Shown here: in pieces, positions 1 to 12,589 of the stretch
Layout of the letters: each line of letters begins with the position of its first letter
Position numbering within the stretch: the first letter of the stretch is position 1
DNA from: Centroscyllium fabricii
Lineage: Eukaryota
Direction: 5' to 3'
Assembly: GCA_051313645.2 (NCBI GenBank)
Contig: JBNRSN020000038.1
Location: 1,984,001-2,048,000 of the forward strand
DNA length: 64,000 nt
The notes under the pieces: generated by a model
What the model was told of the DNA's origin: nothing
Databases searched by the model: none
Seen by the model: the letters and a program-made list of their open reading frames with translations, nothing else
Program-made: the position numbers and the translations under genes

Positions 1-560
1 TATAAAATTCTAACAGGTCTGGACAGACTTGATGCAGGAAAAATGTTCCCGATGGTAGGAGAGTCCAGAACCAGGGGCCATAGTCTAAGGATAAGGGGTG
101 ACTCATTTAGGACAGAGATGAGGAGGAATTTCTTCACCCAGAGGGTGGTGGGGCTGTGGAATTTGCTGCCCCAGAGAGCTGTGGAAGCTACTACTTTGAA
201 TAGTTTTAAAACAGAGATAGACAGTTTCCTGGAAGAAAAGGGAATTAGGGGTTATGGTGAGCGGGCAGGCAAGTGGACGTGAGGATAGGTTCAGATCGGC
301 CATGTGATCTCCTGGACCAGTTTTCGATCGCCTAGATGGGTCGGAGAGGAATTTCCCAGATTTTTTCTCCCAAATTGGCTACTGGGTTTTTTATCTGGTT
401 TTTCGCCTCTCCCAGGTGATCACATGGGTTTGGGTGGGGTGGAGAGTTAAAATAAAATTGAGGTTAGGATCAGATCAGCCATGATCTTGTTGAATGGCGG
501 AGCAGGCTCGAGGGGCCGATTGGCCTACTCCTGCTCCTATTTCTTATGTTCTTATGTTCT
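1..560 (+). mobile_element. CR1 LINE 3' fragment
   Basis: RT C-terminus (TRGHSLRI...RRNFFTQRVV..WN.LP), CR1 3' UTR, (TTCTTATG)n tail. Confidence 0.9.
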
Positions 561-822
561 TATTTAGCACAGAGATGAGGAGGAATTTCTTCACCCAGAG
601 AGTGGTGAACCTGTGGAATTCTCTACCACAGAAGGCCGTAGAGGCCAATTCATTAAATATATTCAAGAAGGAGTTAGATATATTTCTTAAGGCTAAAGGG
701 ATATGAGGAGAAAACAGGGACCGGGTACTGAATTTGGATGATCAGCCATGATCTTGTTAAATGGCAGAACAGGCTCGAGGGACCAAATGGCCTACTCCTG
801 CTCCTGTCTTCTATGTTTCTAT
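561..822 (+). mobile_element. CR1 LINE 3' fragment (second, tandem)
   Basis: Restart of TEMRRNFFTQRVV, 3' UTR, TTCTATGT tail. Confidence 0.88.
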
Positions 823-1326
823 TTATCTGTTCACTATTAACTCAACATTAATTTGTATTTGAAGAGAATTCATTGGTGTGAATTTTATAATTTGAATCTA
901 CACATAATTTCTACACTGTCATGTACACACTACTTTGTAACCTCCGCCCCAATTGAGTGCTACAAACAAGAAGCAAAAAATAAATCACACTACCTGTAGT
1001 AAATTCAACACTTGGAAAGAGCAGCTGATTTTCAGCCTATGATGATGTGAATTGGGCCCTTCTCTCTCTCTTTTGCTGACTGCTGAGCTTTCTGTGGCAG
1101 ACTGCCTTCAATTCCTGACTGGCAGTGCTGAGTTTACTTCTCCTTTCCCTTTACGTTGTTACCTTTCCAGGCTTCTCTGCAATTTCCTGTTGTCGTCATG
1201 AATTACAAAGTTGCACAATCTTGTATTCTTATTTTGGCTGTGCATGCAAGAAAGTAATTTTTACAATGTCCACTTTGTAAATTTGAAGACTTAAGGCAAA
1301 ACTGGATTTTTTTTGTGCTGTCAATA

Positions 1327-1680
1327 CAGGTTGAGCACCATTAATCCGTTACCCGAAAAATCGGCAACTTCAAAAGTCCGGCAATAATTTCCTCGACAGC
1401 CCCACGCATGCGCAGATCATTCACATTGGTCTCTCCGAGCCGATCGCGGGCTGGGCCGGGACTCCCCGATCGCGGGCTGGGACGGGACTCCCCGATCGAG
1501 GGCCGGGACTTGCCGAACGATAAGCGCATGTGCAGACCACTCAAAATGGCTGCCGGCCTTTCGCGGCAGCCATTTTGAATGGTCTGCGCATGCGCTCACC
1601 GAAGCTTCAATCGTTTGGGATTTTCACTTTCCTGGCATGGGCCTGGTCCCGCCTGTGCCGGATTAACGGTGCTCAACCTG
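1327..1680. mobile_element. Tigger/pogo-like MITE (NRF1-motif-rich family), copy 1
   Basis: TIR CAGGTTGAGCACCRTTAATCCG at both ends, TA on both flanks. Confidence 0.88.
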
Positions 1681-2367
1681 TAGTGTTATTACTCCGCATT
1701 TGTGTTGTATGTTCAAATTACTGCTAGATGGCTTTCCATCCAGTTTTATTTGGAGGGGGGCTGGGGTGGAAATTACACAGGGTTTAACATGTCTTTATTT
1801 GGGCAATTTTGCCTCTTTACTGTGCTACAAATGCACAGAATAATATTGGTGTGGGAGCTGTGTAGTATTTCCAGTATGACTTACTTACTTGCTGTCCATA
1901 AAGTTATTGGAGCTGAAACTGACGGCATTGGGGTAAAATAGGATACTGTGACTGAAATGGGGGCAATATTATGGTTTTTAATGTATACTGAGATTTGTTT
2001 TTACTTCTTTAGATTTGTTGCAATCTCTAACACCCAAGCCCCCTCCCTGTATGTCTGTGGCCTGATCTTAACAATGAGATTTGACTTCCTCTCTATCAGT
2101 TGTTTGTTTAAAGTAAGTAAGTATGTAAAATGTTTATTGTCACACCACTGAAAATAAACAATAAATTCAGAAGGTGAAATGCTTACTGCAGTTTCACGCA
2201 CTATATAACAACTAAACAACTACAACTAAACAACAAAGAACAAAGACACACAGCGCGTGAGAACCCACAAGACGTCAAGCCATTTTTCCGGCGCCATCGT
2301 TGAGGGTCCGCATGTGCTCCGGTTCCTAGATTCGACATTATTAAAAAAATCTTCAACCAATTCAATA

Positions 2368-2898
2368 CAGGTTGAGCACCGTTAATCCGCCACGGGCGGG
2401 ACCAGGCCCGTGCCGGGAAATGGAAAAAACCGGGAGAACGAGTTTGGACACTGCGCATGCGCGCCATTCAAAATGGCCGCGCGCATGCGCGCAGCATTGC
2501 GATTGGCTGGCGCGCGCATGCGCAGATCGGGCACGGGTCCGCGTTCCCTCTCCATCGCCTTTCGGGTTGCTGCTGCCGCCGAGCCGGACTCAGGCTGACA
2601 GCTGTTGCCTAGTGACTGTCCGCCTCAGTCACGGGGCTCAGCTGTCGAGAAAATAACGGGCGGCCGTATTGAATTATCTGCGCATGCGCTAACCGTCCGG
2701 TGACGCATGCGCAGATCATTCAAAACACCCGCAGCTGTTTTGAATGATCTGCGCATGCGCTCGGCGCATGCGCAGATCATTCGCTGAAGCCACGATGGGG
2801 GCTGCCATTTTGCGCATGCGCAGTGCAGTCGGGGCAATTTGTGCCGGCAGACTGAAGCTGCCGGCTATTAGGGACACGGATTAACGGTGCTCAACCTG
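2368..2898. mobile_element. Tigger/pogo-like MITE, copy 2
   Basis: Perfect TIR CAGGTTGAGCACCGTTAATCCG, TA TSD; reverse orientation relative to the copies at 13474 and 20804. Confidence 0.9.
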
Positions 2899-3089
2899 TA
2901 TATATAAATATGTTAAAGTTAATCAATGTTTAAGGGAGTCCAGAAGGCGACCCGATCACCGACCATCCATCCGACCGTAGACCACGCAGGCCAAACCAAT
3001 TTCTCAGCTCCTGGATTGAAGAAACTAGTCCCCGACTTCGACCACTGCTCCATGAATGTCCATAGAATCTTCTGGAAGAAAGTGAAGGA

Positions 3090-3850
3090 GTCCACGTACA
3101 GCCAACGGCCCGATGCACGCCCGACAAATTCCTCTTGCTCCCGCATCTCTGGAGCAAAGGGACAACGCCCGACAACGACAACGGCCCGATGAAGGCCCGA
3201 CGACCTCCTCTACCTTCCACACCTCTGGAGAGATGGAACAGCGCTCGACGCCGACCAACGGCCCGATAAGGGCCCGACTACCTCTTCTACCTCCCACACC
3301 ACGTGAACAAGGAGCAGCGCCCGACACCGACCAGCGGCCCGACCCAGGCCGGCGAGATCTTCCTGCTCCCGCACCTCGGGAACAAAGGTGCAGCGCTCGA
3401 CGCCCACCAACGGCCCGACCCAGGCCGCCGAGATCTTCCCGCTCCCGCACCTCAGGAACAAAGGTGCAGCGCTCGACGCCCACCAACGGCCTAACCCAGG
3501 CCGCCGAGATCTTCCTGCTCCCGCACCACGGGAGCAAAGGAGCAGCCCCCGATGTCGATCTTCCTGCTCCCGCACTTCGGGAGCGAAGCACCAGCCCCCG
3601 ACGTCGACCAATGGCCCGACCCAGGCCGCCGAGATCTTCCTGCTCCCGCACCTCGGGAGTGAGGCACCAGCCCCCGACGTCGACCAACGGCCCGACCCAA
3701 GCCGCCGAGATCTTCCTGCTCCCGCACCTCGGGAGCGAAGCACCAGCCCCCGACGTCGACCAACGGCCCGACCCAGGCCGCCGAGATCTTCCTGCTCCCG
3801 CACCTCGGGAGCGAAGAAACAGTGCCCGACGTCGACCAACGGCCAACAGT
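3090..3850. repeat. GC-rich 76-bp minisatellite inside an unclassified repeat (~2915-4190)
   Basis: Unit gacgtcgaccaacggcccgacccaggccgccgagatcttcctgctcccgcacctcgggagcgaagcaccagccccc; starts at 3600, 3676, 3752 and 3828; about 10 copies, more degenerate at the left end. Confidence 0.85.
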
Positions 3851-4894
3851 GAGTAGAACGGAGATCTGGGGCCTACCCTTCGGCCAGATCTCCCAAAAAC
3901 ATCGAAATTCAAAAAGAACATAAAAAACTTGAAATCTAAATTTAAAATTCAAATCTAAACCATCGGTCCAACTCTCAGCTACTTCCAAGGGGCCGATGTT
4001 TTAAATTTAAGTTAAAAAAAGAGATGGAATTTTAAATTTTAAATTACATTATGAGGAGCTCCCTCCAATAACGTCTACTCCAACCGGAGCACAGCGCCCC
4101 CCCAAAGTACATAGGAAATGAGCAAGGATTTTCCCTTTTTCAACCACCTATCTTCCTTTCTTACGGGTTTTTGCAAACATTTTTTTTAATGATTTATTTA
4201 CCATGAGGAACAATTGTTTAATTTTGAAACATAATTTGGGTGAAATTCGTCTTGGGCCCAAAACAGACTATGTTCTTTTCCACCATTTGAAAAAGAAAAT
4301 CGTCAGGAGTGTAAAATGGGTGGCTGATGTGCTATTGCCCGTTTTGTGCTACTGCCCAAGATGGATTTCAGCCCCGATATGTTTGCGTTCAGGGGAAGAC
4401 AAATCCTGAAGCAACTCCCTCGGTCAGTGGGGGAGAAAAATTTCAGTTCTAGGGTAAAAAAGTACACGTGATAGAAAAATGGGGAATTGACCTAAAGTGG
4501 TTCAAATGTGCAGTTTTGTAGATAGTTTCAAATAGGCAACGTCTCTTTTTGACTTCCAAAACAAGAGCTTGTACAAAGTTAGCTATTGGAGAGAAAGTAT
4601 GTAGAGATTCCATGACATGGGCCAAGTGCAAAATGTAATAGCAAGACTGATGGTGGGGGAGAAGGGAATTACATATAAGCTATTGACATAGCATCCATTG
4701 ATAACTCTTAATATATACGGTGCTGTTCACATCCAAAATAATAATCCCAAAAATGCACTCATTCCGCCAATGTCAAGTTACGTTGAGATTTCCGCCAAAT
4801 CGTATTCGAATACGCTCAAATGTAAAATGGGCGGAAATAGTTGTTAATCAGAATAAACAATCTGGGTCCAAGGAAAGCATTGAACTCACACTAT

Positions 4895-5527
4895 GGGCTG
4901 GATTTTCATTCTGGAGGCGTGTAGGAGGCGGGACTACAACTTTCGGGTTTGTAGTCCCGCCTCCATCGAGTTGTGGCCAACCTGTGGATTTCCACTTGAT
5001 TGACTTTGAGCCCACCCAGTGGGCTCAGCAGGCCAATTCAGGGCCACCCGGCAACAGGTGATGTCATAGACATTTCACCTGTCAAGATTTTTTGACAGAT
5101 GAAATATCAGCGTTTCACAGCTGTTTGAAGCTGTCAAACACTGACAATCTGTGCACTTCGTTAATTCCTTCCTCTCAGGCTGATTTAGAGATCTCTCCGG
5201 AACAGAAAGCTGAATGCTGCAACTTTTAACAGCTGGCAGCCATTCTGCTTTCTGTGCCAGTGAGATGAGGGACTCCCGAGACCTGAAGGAAGGAAGGCTG
5301 TAAAAGTAACTAAAGGTTAGTAGAACTTCTTTAAACACTTTACACACACCAAACACACTTACCTCTGCACTCATACACCCATCACTCACCTGAACACCAG
5401 ACATCTGGAACCCTCCAAGTCCTTCAGCCCGACAGTCCGCCTCGCTAACGTCGGACCCCCGATTCCGAGATTTTAACCCCCATACTTCTCCAATCCCGCC
5501 TCCACGGCCCAATGAAAATCCTGCCCT
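4895..5527. mobile_element. PIF/Harbinger-type MITE
   Basis: TIR GGGCTGGATTTTCATT / AATGAAAATCCTGCCC, 3-bp TSD TAT. Confidence 0.85.
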
Positions 5528-7119
5528 ATATGTTTCTTGAAGTTTGAAACTTAAAGTTTCAACTCATTTAACCATCATTCATGCACAGCATGTTTAAGAA
5601 TCTGCAATCGGGAAAGGCTTTCCATTTTTAATGTGCCATAAAAATACATTCAAAGTAACAGGAAACAAACTACAGGTCTTGGTGAGGATAAAATAAAAAA
5701 ACAAAACAACCAAAATTGCAATAAAACACAGAAAATGACTGCTGTCTGCTGCCCATGAAAATGTGGTTGGAATTTGGAGAGCCTTTGAGAAAGCGCAGTT
5801 GCCAAAAACCCGCATACAAGGCTCTAACCTGGGGGCGGGCCCATTATTATGGGCAGAGATGTGTTAGGGTGAAGGGATTAATGGACGATCGTCGAAGATC
5901 AAGGAGATTTGAATGTAAATACCGTGTTCCTTTAGGCCGTGTATTTGATTTGTGCCCAGATTCAATGTCTCTGGCTGCAAATACGCGGGAAGTTCCAGGC
6001 CCTGCTGTTTTTCGATGGAAGTACTAATAAGACACCTTTATAACTATATTTGCATCGGAACGCCAATGTCACTATGGTTTTGGTGTTCTCTGCAGCCACC
6101 TGTTTTATACTTCTCAATATTGGGAGATTATTTTAATTGTCATCAAAATCCTTGCGTTCATTGTTTACACAGGAGCTGTTGGAACTTGTGAATGGATCTG
6201 TAGCAGTTTCCCTTTTTAATGAGCATAAATTTAAGTTGCGCTTGGTGAGGGGAAGCAGCGATCCAGGATTTGCATGTGTTACTTTTGGATACCTTACTCA
6301 GCTGCCGGTGAAAGTTGAAGGCTGCGTTTTGACATGTTTACTGCAAGTATCCCGGTGTTCAACCCTGGAGCAAGTTTAACAAAAAAATCAAAGGATAGAT
6401 TGCTGAAATTGGCAAGTTGTAGCAAAGCCTTTGAACCTTGTATTTCAGGTAGTAATTCTTACACATTGAAAAGTCCCATTTTGTGAGGAAGTCTTTGTGA
6501 CTTGAGTGTGATCATTTGCTGTTGTATATTCATACTTTGTATTGTGTGTACTTTATTATTCCAGTGTAACAGAAAATACCATATACAATTAACAGTTCTC
6601 AAAAATGTGCACATTCCCTATACTCTTCCAGTCTATCTCCCAATCCAAGTCCAAAGGGGAGGCCTCTGACTGCTATTAAAAATCATTCCAGTCCAGACAT
6701 CCTTTCATACTGGGGCTTAACTCTGCTTTAATACTGTTCAAACTGGTTACTGCTTTGTGAATTTGCAAATCTACGCTGTTCCTTTCAGCAGATTAAGTCT
6801 GATTTGATAAGTGTTGGGTTTGAAGTTTTGATTTGCTGAGGGTAATAATGTTGGTTCCTTTTAATAATCTCAGATGTACTAACAACTAGGAGCTAAATCT
6901 ATGGTTGGGAATGGAGGGAGGGATTTGTCTAAGCGTAGTGACATCTGTGCTGGAAGCTGAATGTCTTAAAGGTAAATTGCGCGCTCCTCTTTCTCTTTCT
7001 CTTTTTCTCTTCCTACTCCTCTCTCTTTTCTCCTCCCCCCCCCCCCCCCCCCCCCCCGGCCACAATCCTGGCCGATTTGTTGTATGTTTGGTATTTGTGT
7101 ATGTAGGCACAGCCACCAA

Positions 7120-7332
7120 TGCTGGGCTGAAAAGGGGGGGAGGGATTCATACACAATCGTCCAGGGGAGGGGAGTTGTAGGGCTGGAGGAGGCTAGAGAA
7201 AAGGTAGGGCAAGTCCATGAAGTGATGTTGAACGCAAGGATGAGAATTTAAAATTTGAAGTGTTCGTGGATTGGGTGCCAATGTAGGTCAGCGAGCACAG
7301 GGGTGATGCGTGAGCGGGACTTGGTGCAGGAT
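7120..7332 (-). mobile_element. L2-like LINE fragment
   Basis: Degenerate text resembling the 3' end of L2 RT (ccaatgtaggtcagcgagcacaggggtgatg...gacttggtg). Confidence 0.5.
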
Positions 7333-7333
7333 C

Positions 7334-7893
7334 AGAACATAAAGGAGGCCCCTCGAGCCTGCTCTGCCATTCAATAAAATCATGGCTGATCTTCGACCTC
7401 AAATCCACTTTTCCGCCTGAACCCCATATCTCTTGATTCCTTAGAGTCTAAAACTCTCTTGATCTCCGCCTTTAATATACTCAACGACTGAGCTTGCACA
7501 GCTCTCTGGGGTCGAATTCCAAAGAAAATCAACCCTCTGAGTAAAGAAATATTTCCTCGCCTCAGTCCTAAATGGCCTGCCCCTTATGCTGAGACTATGC
7601 CCCCTACCGAGACTCTCCAGCCAGGGGAAACAGACTCTCGGCATCTACCCTGTCAATTCCCCTCAGAATCTTGTATGTTTCAATGAGATCACCTCTCATT
7701 CTTCTAAACTCCAGAGCACATAGGCCTAATCCACTCAATCGCTCCTCGTAGGACAACCCTCTCGTCGTAGAAATCAATCTGTTGACCCTTTGTTGCCCCC
7801 CCCTCAAGACAAGAATATCCTTCCTTGGGTATGGAGACCAAAACTGTACATGGCACTCCAGGTGTGGTCTCGCCAAAGCCCTGTACAGTTGCC
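7334..7893 (-). mobile_element. CR1 LINE 3' fragment
   Basis: LYRALARPHLE..VQFWSP, LEFRRMRGDLIETYKIL on the minus strand. Confidence 0.9.
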
Positions 7894-7895
7894 AT

Positions 7896-8450
7896 GATGT
7901 GGAGCTGCTGGTGTTGGACTGGGGTGGACAAATGTAAGAGGTCACACAACACCATGTTATAGTCCAACAGTTTTATTTTAAATCACAAGCTCTTGGAGCG
8001 CTGCTCCTTCGTCAGGTGAAGTGAAGAGATGCACAGAGGCACAGCATATATAGTCAGAAAACAATGCTAGATGATTACAGGTGATTTTTCTAACTGCCCT
8101 TTATCACACCTCGGCAGAGAGATAATCACCGCAATCATAGGAGTAAATGGTGTCCAAACAGGTCAGTCAGCAAAACATTCCATCAAAGAACAATGAGGTG
8201 GGGTCACGAGGTCAAATATTGCACATGCTGTATGAAAAACAAAAAACAAACAAAGCAATAAACGATAAAATGAAATTAAAATGTTTTGCTGGAAATCATA
8301 GCAGGTCCCGCCGCATCTGTGTAGAGAGAACAAGCCAACGACGACTCGAGTCTGGATGACTCCACGTCAGGTGGGGTTACATGTAGCGTGACATGAACCC
8401 AAGATCCCGGTTGAGACCGTCCTCATGAGTGCGGAACTTGGCTATCAGAA
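7896..8450 (-). mobile_element. Penelope-like element 3' fragment (GIY-YIG ORF end plus pseudo-LTR)
   Basis: Minus strand LIAKFRTHEDGLNRDLGFMSRYM* (~8448-8377), typical of the PLE endonuclease C-terminus; terminal sequence shared with the palindrome at 21149; CTGACGA core at 8009-8015. Confidence 0.75.
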
Positions 8451-8619
8451 ACTGATAACCCTGTTGCCAGGATTTGAGTTGGGGTCATGGCGAGGCCAAA
8501 CTGGCAAGTGGAAGTTCAGCTCTGCTCCACTGCACTTCTTTGGCACAACAGTACTAATGGAATTTCTAGGCTGCTTTGTTTAAACACCAAGCACCTATAT
8601 CCGATGCTGCAATATGCAG

Positions 8620-10008
8620 TCAGAATCGGGAATTTATAATGGGGAGCAAAGAAATGGCTGACCAATTAAATACATACTTAGTCTTCACAAAGGAGGACAC
8701 AAATAACCTCCCAGAGATGTTGAGGAACATGGGGTCTAATGAGAGAGACGAACTGAATAAAATCAGTATTTGTAGAGAAATGGTGTTAGGGAAATTGACG
8801 AGATTGAAGGCCGATAAATCCCCAGGGCCTGATAATCTACATCCTAGGGTACTTAAGGAAATGGCCCTAGAAATAGTGGATGCATTGCTGGTCATCTTCC
8901 AAAATTCTATAGACTTTGGAACATTTTCCATGGATTGGAGGGTAGCTAATGTAACCCCACTATTTAAAAAAAGGTGGTAGAGAGAAAACGGGGAATTGTA
9001 AGCATGACATCGGCAGTGGGGAAAATGCTAGAGTTCATTATAAAAGATATAATAGCAGAGCACTTGGAAAACAGTGACGGAATCGGACAAAGTCAACATG
9101 GATTTACAAAAGCTAAATTGTGCTTGACTAATCTACTGGAATATTTGGAGGATGTAACTGGTAGAATAGATGAGGGAGAATCAGTGGATGTGGTGTATTT
9201 GGACTTTCAGAAGGCTTTCGATAAGGTCCCGCGTAAGAGATTAGCATGTAAAGTTAAAGCACATGGGATTGGGGGTAAGGTACTGACTTGGATGGAGACC
9301 TGGTTGGCAGACAGGAAGCAAAGAGTTGGAATAAACGGGTCTTTTTCTGAGTGGCGGGCAGTGACTAGTGGGGTACCGCAGGCAAATGGTATGTTGGCCT
9401 TCATAGCGAAAGCATTTGAGTACAGGAGCAAGGATGTTTTGCTGCGGTTGTACAGGGTCTTGGTGAGACCACACCTCGAGTATTGTGTGCAGTTTTGGTC
9501 ACCTTATCTGAAGATCGATGTTCTTGCCATGGAAGGAGTGCAGCGAAGATTCACCAGACTGATACCTGGGATGGCAGGAATGACGTATGAGGAGCGATTG
9601 GGCTTATATTCGCTGGAGTTTAGAAGAATGAGTGGGGATCTCATTGAAACTTAATTCTAACAGGACTGGACAGACTAGATGCAGGAAGAATGTTCCCGAT
9701 GCCCAGGGAGTCCAGAACCAGGGGTCACAGTCCAAGGATAAGGGGTAAGCCATTTAGGACAGAGATGAGGAATTTCTTCACCCAGAGAGTGGTGAACCTG
9801 TGGAATTCTCTACCACAGAAGGCAGTTGAGGCTAATTCATTAAATATATTCAAGGAGGAGTTAGATATATTTCTTAAGGCTAAAGGGATATGGGGAGAAA
9901 GCAGGGACAGGGTACTGAAATTGGATGATCAGCCATGATCTCATCAAATGGCAGAGCAGGCTCGAGGGGCCGAATGGCCTACTCCTCCTATCTTCTATGT
10001 TTCTATGT
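8620..10008 (+). mobile_element. CR1 LINE, 5'-truncated with internal deletion
   Basis: KSPGPD, YLDFQKAFDKVP, GVPQ fused directly to ANGML (FADD region missing), 3' UTR and tail. Confidence 0.9.
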
Positions 10009-10486
10009 GATCAATGTGTATCTGAGACCTGGCTGATATTGTATCCACCTGCATAAGGTACTTAATTAACATGTTGGTCTTGCCATGTGCAAAGGAAAAG
10101 TTACTGAGCTGGATCCACCTTGTTGCTTAGAAGTTAGAATTCTAGTTACCCATATCCTGCTGAATAAAGAAAGTTCACACTACTAGCACTTCACACTAGT
10201 AGCAAACAGCATATCCCAACCCAGGACAACTTCTCTTTTGTAGATAATAAACACTATTCCACTATTCAGATGTTACAATATGCCTTAATCATTCACTTAA
10301 ATAGCCAGTGCTGCCATGGCTGATAGTAACCAGAAAGCCAGAACCTGAATGTGAAGATGTTGGCCATCTAGTTCAGTGGGTGAAGAATGAAGCAGTGGTA
10401 GTGTGAATGCGTTTGACACAAGACCAAAATTGTTTCGCTGTAAGAAAATGAAACACTGGACAGAGTCTAATGGAACCCATCAAATA

Positions 10487-11060
10487 CAGGTTGAAGACCG
10501 TTAATCCGTTACCCGAAAAACCGGCAACTTCGAACGTCCGGCAATAATTTCCCCGACTGCCCCGCGCATGCGCAAAATGGCTGCCGCGATTGATGCTTCG
10601 GCGAATGATCTGCGCATGTGCTGCCGAACGGCGAGTGCGTGCGCAGATCATTCACGATGGTCTCTCCGAGCCGATCGCGGGCCAGGACTCCCCGAACGAT
10701 GCTGGTCTGCGACTCCCTGACAGATGCTGGACTGGGACTCCCTGATCGCGGGCCAGGCCGGGACTCCCCGAATGATGCTGGGCCGGGACTCCCCCATTGC
10801 GGGCCGGGCTGGGACTCCCCCCATCGAGGGCCGGGCTGGGACTCCCCCATCAAGGGCCGGGCCGGGACTCCCCCATCGCGGGCCGGGACTGCCTGAACGA
10901 TAAGCGCATGCACAGATCATTCAAAATGGCTGCCGCGAAAGGCCGGCGGCCATTTTGAGTGGTCTGCGAATGCGCTCGCCGACGCTTCAATCGTTCGGGA
11001 TTTTCACTTTGCCGGCACGGGCCTGGTCCCGCCCGTGCCAGATTAACGGTGCTCAACCTG
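10487..11060. mobile_element. Tigger/pogo-like MITE, copy 3 (internal gggccgggactcccc repeats)
   Basis: TA-CAGGTTGAAGACCGTTAATC ... GATTAACGGTGCTCAACCTG-TA. Confidence 0.88.
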
Positions 11061-11086
11061 TAGGAATATTTTTTTTGATTTAAGTA

Positions 11087-11754
11087 CAGGTTGTGCACCG
11101 AAAATCCGTGTCCCGAAAAGCCGGCAGCTTCAGTCTGCTGGCACAAATTGCCCCGATTGCACTGCGCATGCGCAAGATGGCAGCCGCCATCGTGGCTTCG
11201 GCGAATGATCTGTGCATGCGCCGAGCGAATGCGCAGATCATTCAAAACGGCTGCCGGGTGTTTTGAATGATATGCGCATGCGTCGCCGGACGGCCAGCGC
11301 ATGCGCAGATAATTCAATACGGCCGCCGGTTATTATCTCGACAGCTGAGCCCCGTGACTGAGGCGGACAGTCACTAGGCAACAGCTGTCAGCCTGAGTCC
11401 GGCTCGGCGGCAGCAGCAACCCGAAAGGCGATGGAGAGGGAAGGCGGACCTACTGGGCCCGACCCACGCCCGCACAACCCTCCTTCCCCGCCCCCCTGCA
11501 AGACCGGCCTTTCACTGCTGCCCGACAGCCCTAAAAGGCAAACGGAACGCCACACAAACCTGAGCCCCTCAAAATACTTCGCGGCGGCCATTATTGGTTG
11601 ATCTGCGCATGCGCGCGCCAGCCAATCCCAATGTTATGCGCGCGACCATTTTGAATGGTGCGCATGCGCAGTGTCCAACTTCGTTTTCCCGGTTTTTTCA
11701 GTTTCCCGGCACGGGCCTGGTCCTGCCCGTGGCGGATTAATGGTGCACAACCTG
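11087..11754. mobile_element. Tigger/pogo-like MITE, copy 4 (long variant)
   Basis: TA-CAGGTTGTGCACC ... GGTGCACAACCTG-TA. Confidence 0.88.
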
Positions 11755-11893
11755 TACTCTGATGCACCCATCTGCTACATGTGGTTACAAAGTTGAAAGA
11801 ATGTGTATTTCCACTGTTCTTTCCACGTTATATCTTCGTGCCATCTCTTTACAAGTTTCTTAAGGGTGGAGAATCAATGGATTTCATATACCA

Positions 11894-12527
11894 TTGTGCA
11901 CCATTAATCCGCCACGGGCGGGACCAGGCCCGTGCCGGGAAACTGAAAAAACCGGGAGAACGAAGTTGGACACTGCGCATGCGCACCATTCAAAATGGCC
12001 GCGCGCATGCGCACAACATTGGTATTGGCTGGCGCGCGCATGCGCAGATCAACCAATAATGGCCACCGCGAAGTTTTTTGAGGGGCTCAGGCTTGTGTGG
12101 CGTTCCGTTTGCCTTTTAGGGCTGTTGGGCAGCAGTGAAAGGCCGGTCTTGCAGGGGGGGGGGGGAAAGGAGGGTTGTGCTGGCGCGGGTCGGGCCCAGT
12201 AGGTCCGCCTTCCCTCTCCATCGCCTTTCGGGTTGCTGCTGCCGCCGAGCCGGACTCAGGCTGACAGCTGTTGCCTAGTGACTGTCCGCCTCAGTCACGG
12301 GGCTCAGCTGTCGAGAAAATAACCGGCGGCCGTATTGAATTATCTGCGCATGCGCTAGCCGTCCGGCGACGCATGCGCAGATCATTCAAAACACCCAGCA
12401 GCCGTTTTGAATGATCTGCGCATGCGCTCGCCGTTCAGTGGCGCATGCGCAGATCATTCGCCGAAGCCGCGATGGCGGCAGCCATCTTGCGCATGCGCAG
12501 TGCAGTCGGGGCAATTTGTGCCGGCGG
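11894..12527. mobile_element. MITE copy 5, inverted relative to copy 4 and lacking both termini
   Basis: Near reverse complement of ~11135-11750; starts at TTGTGCACC without CAGG. Confidence 0.85.
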
Positions 12528-12589
12528 AAACCATTTGATAATTAATCACTTGAGAGATTGCTAGCTAAAATCAAAGCACATGAAATTGG

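Noticed and set aside
2372-2837. Recurrent CACA/AHAQ/RMR peptide ORFs in MITEs
   Set aside because: Translations of the TGCGCATGCGCA palindrome, not proteins
3090-3850. CRISPR-like array
   Set aside because: Units are contiguous with no unique spacers, there are no cas genes, and the context is eukaryotic
3025-3988. Long overlapping ORFs (150-298 aa) on both strands
   Set aside because: Produced by a GC-rich 76-bp repeat; the unit length is not a multiple of 3 and the same peptides recur in all frames
4770-4840. Small palindrome tttccgcc..cgtattcgaatacg..ggcggaaa
   Set aside because: Too short, with no clear ends or TSD to assign
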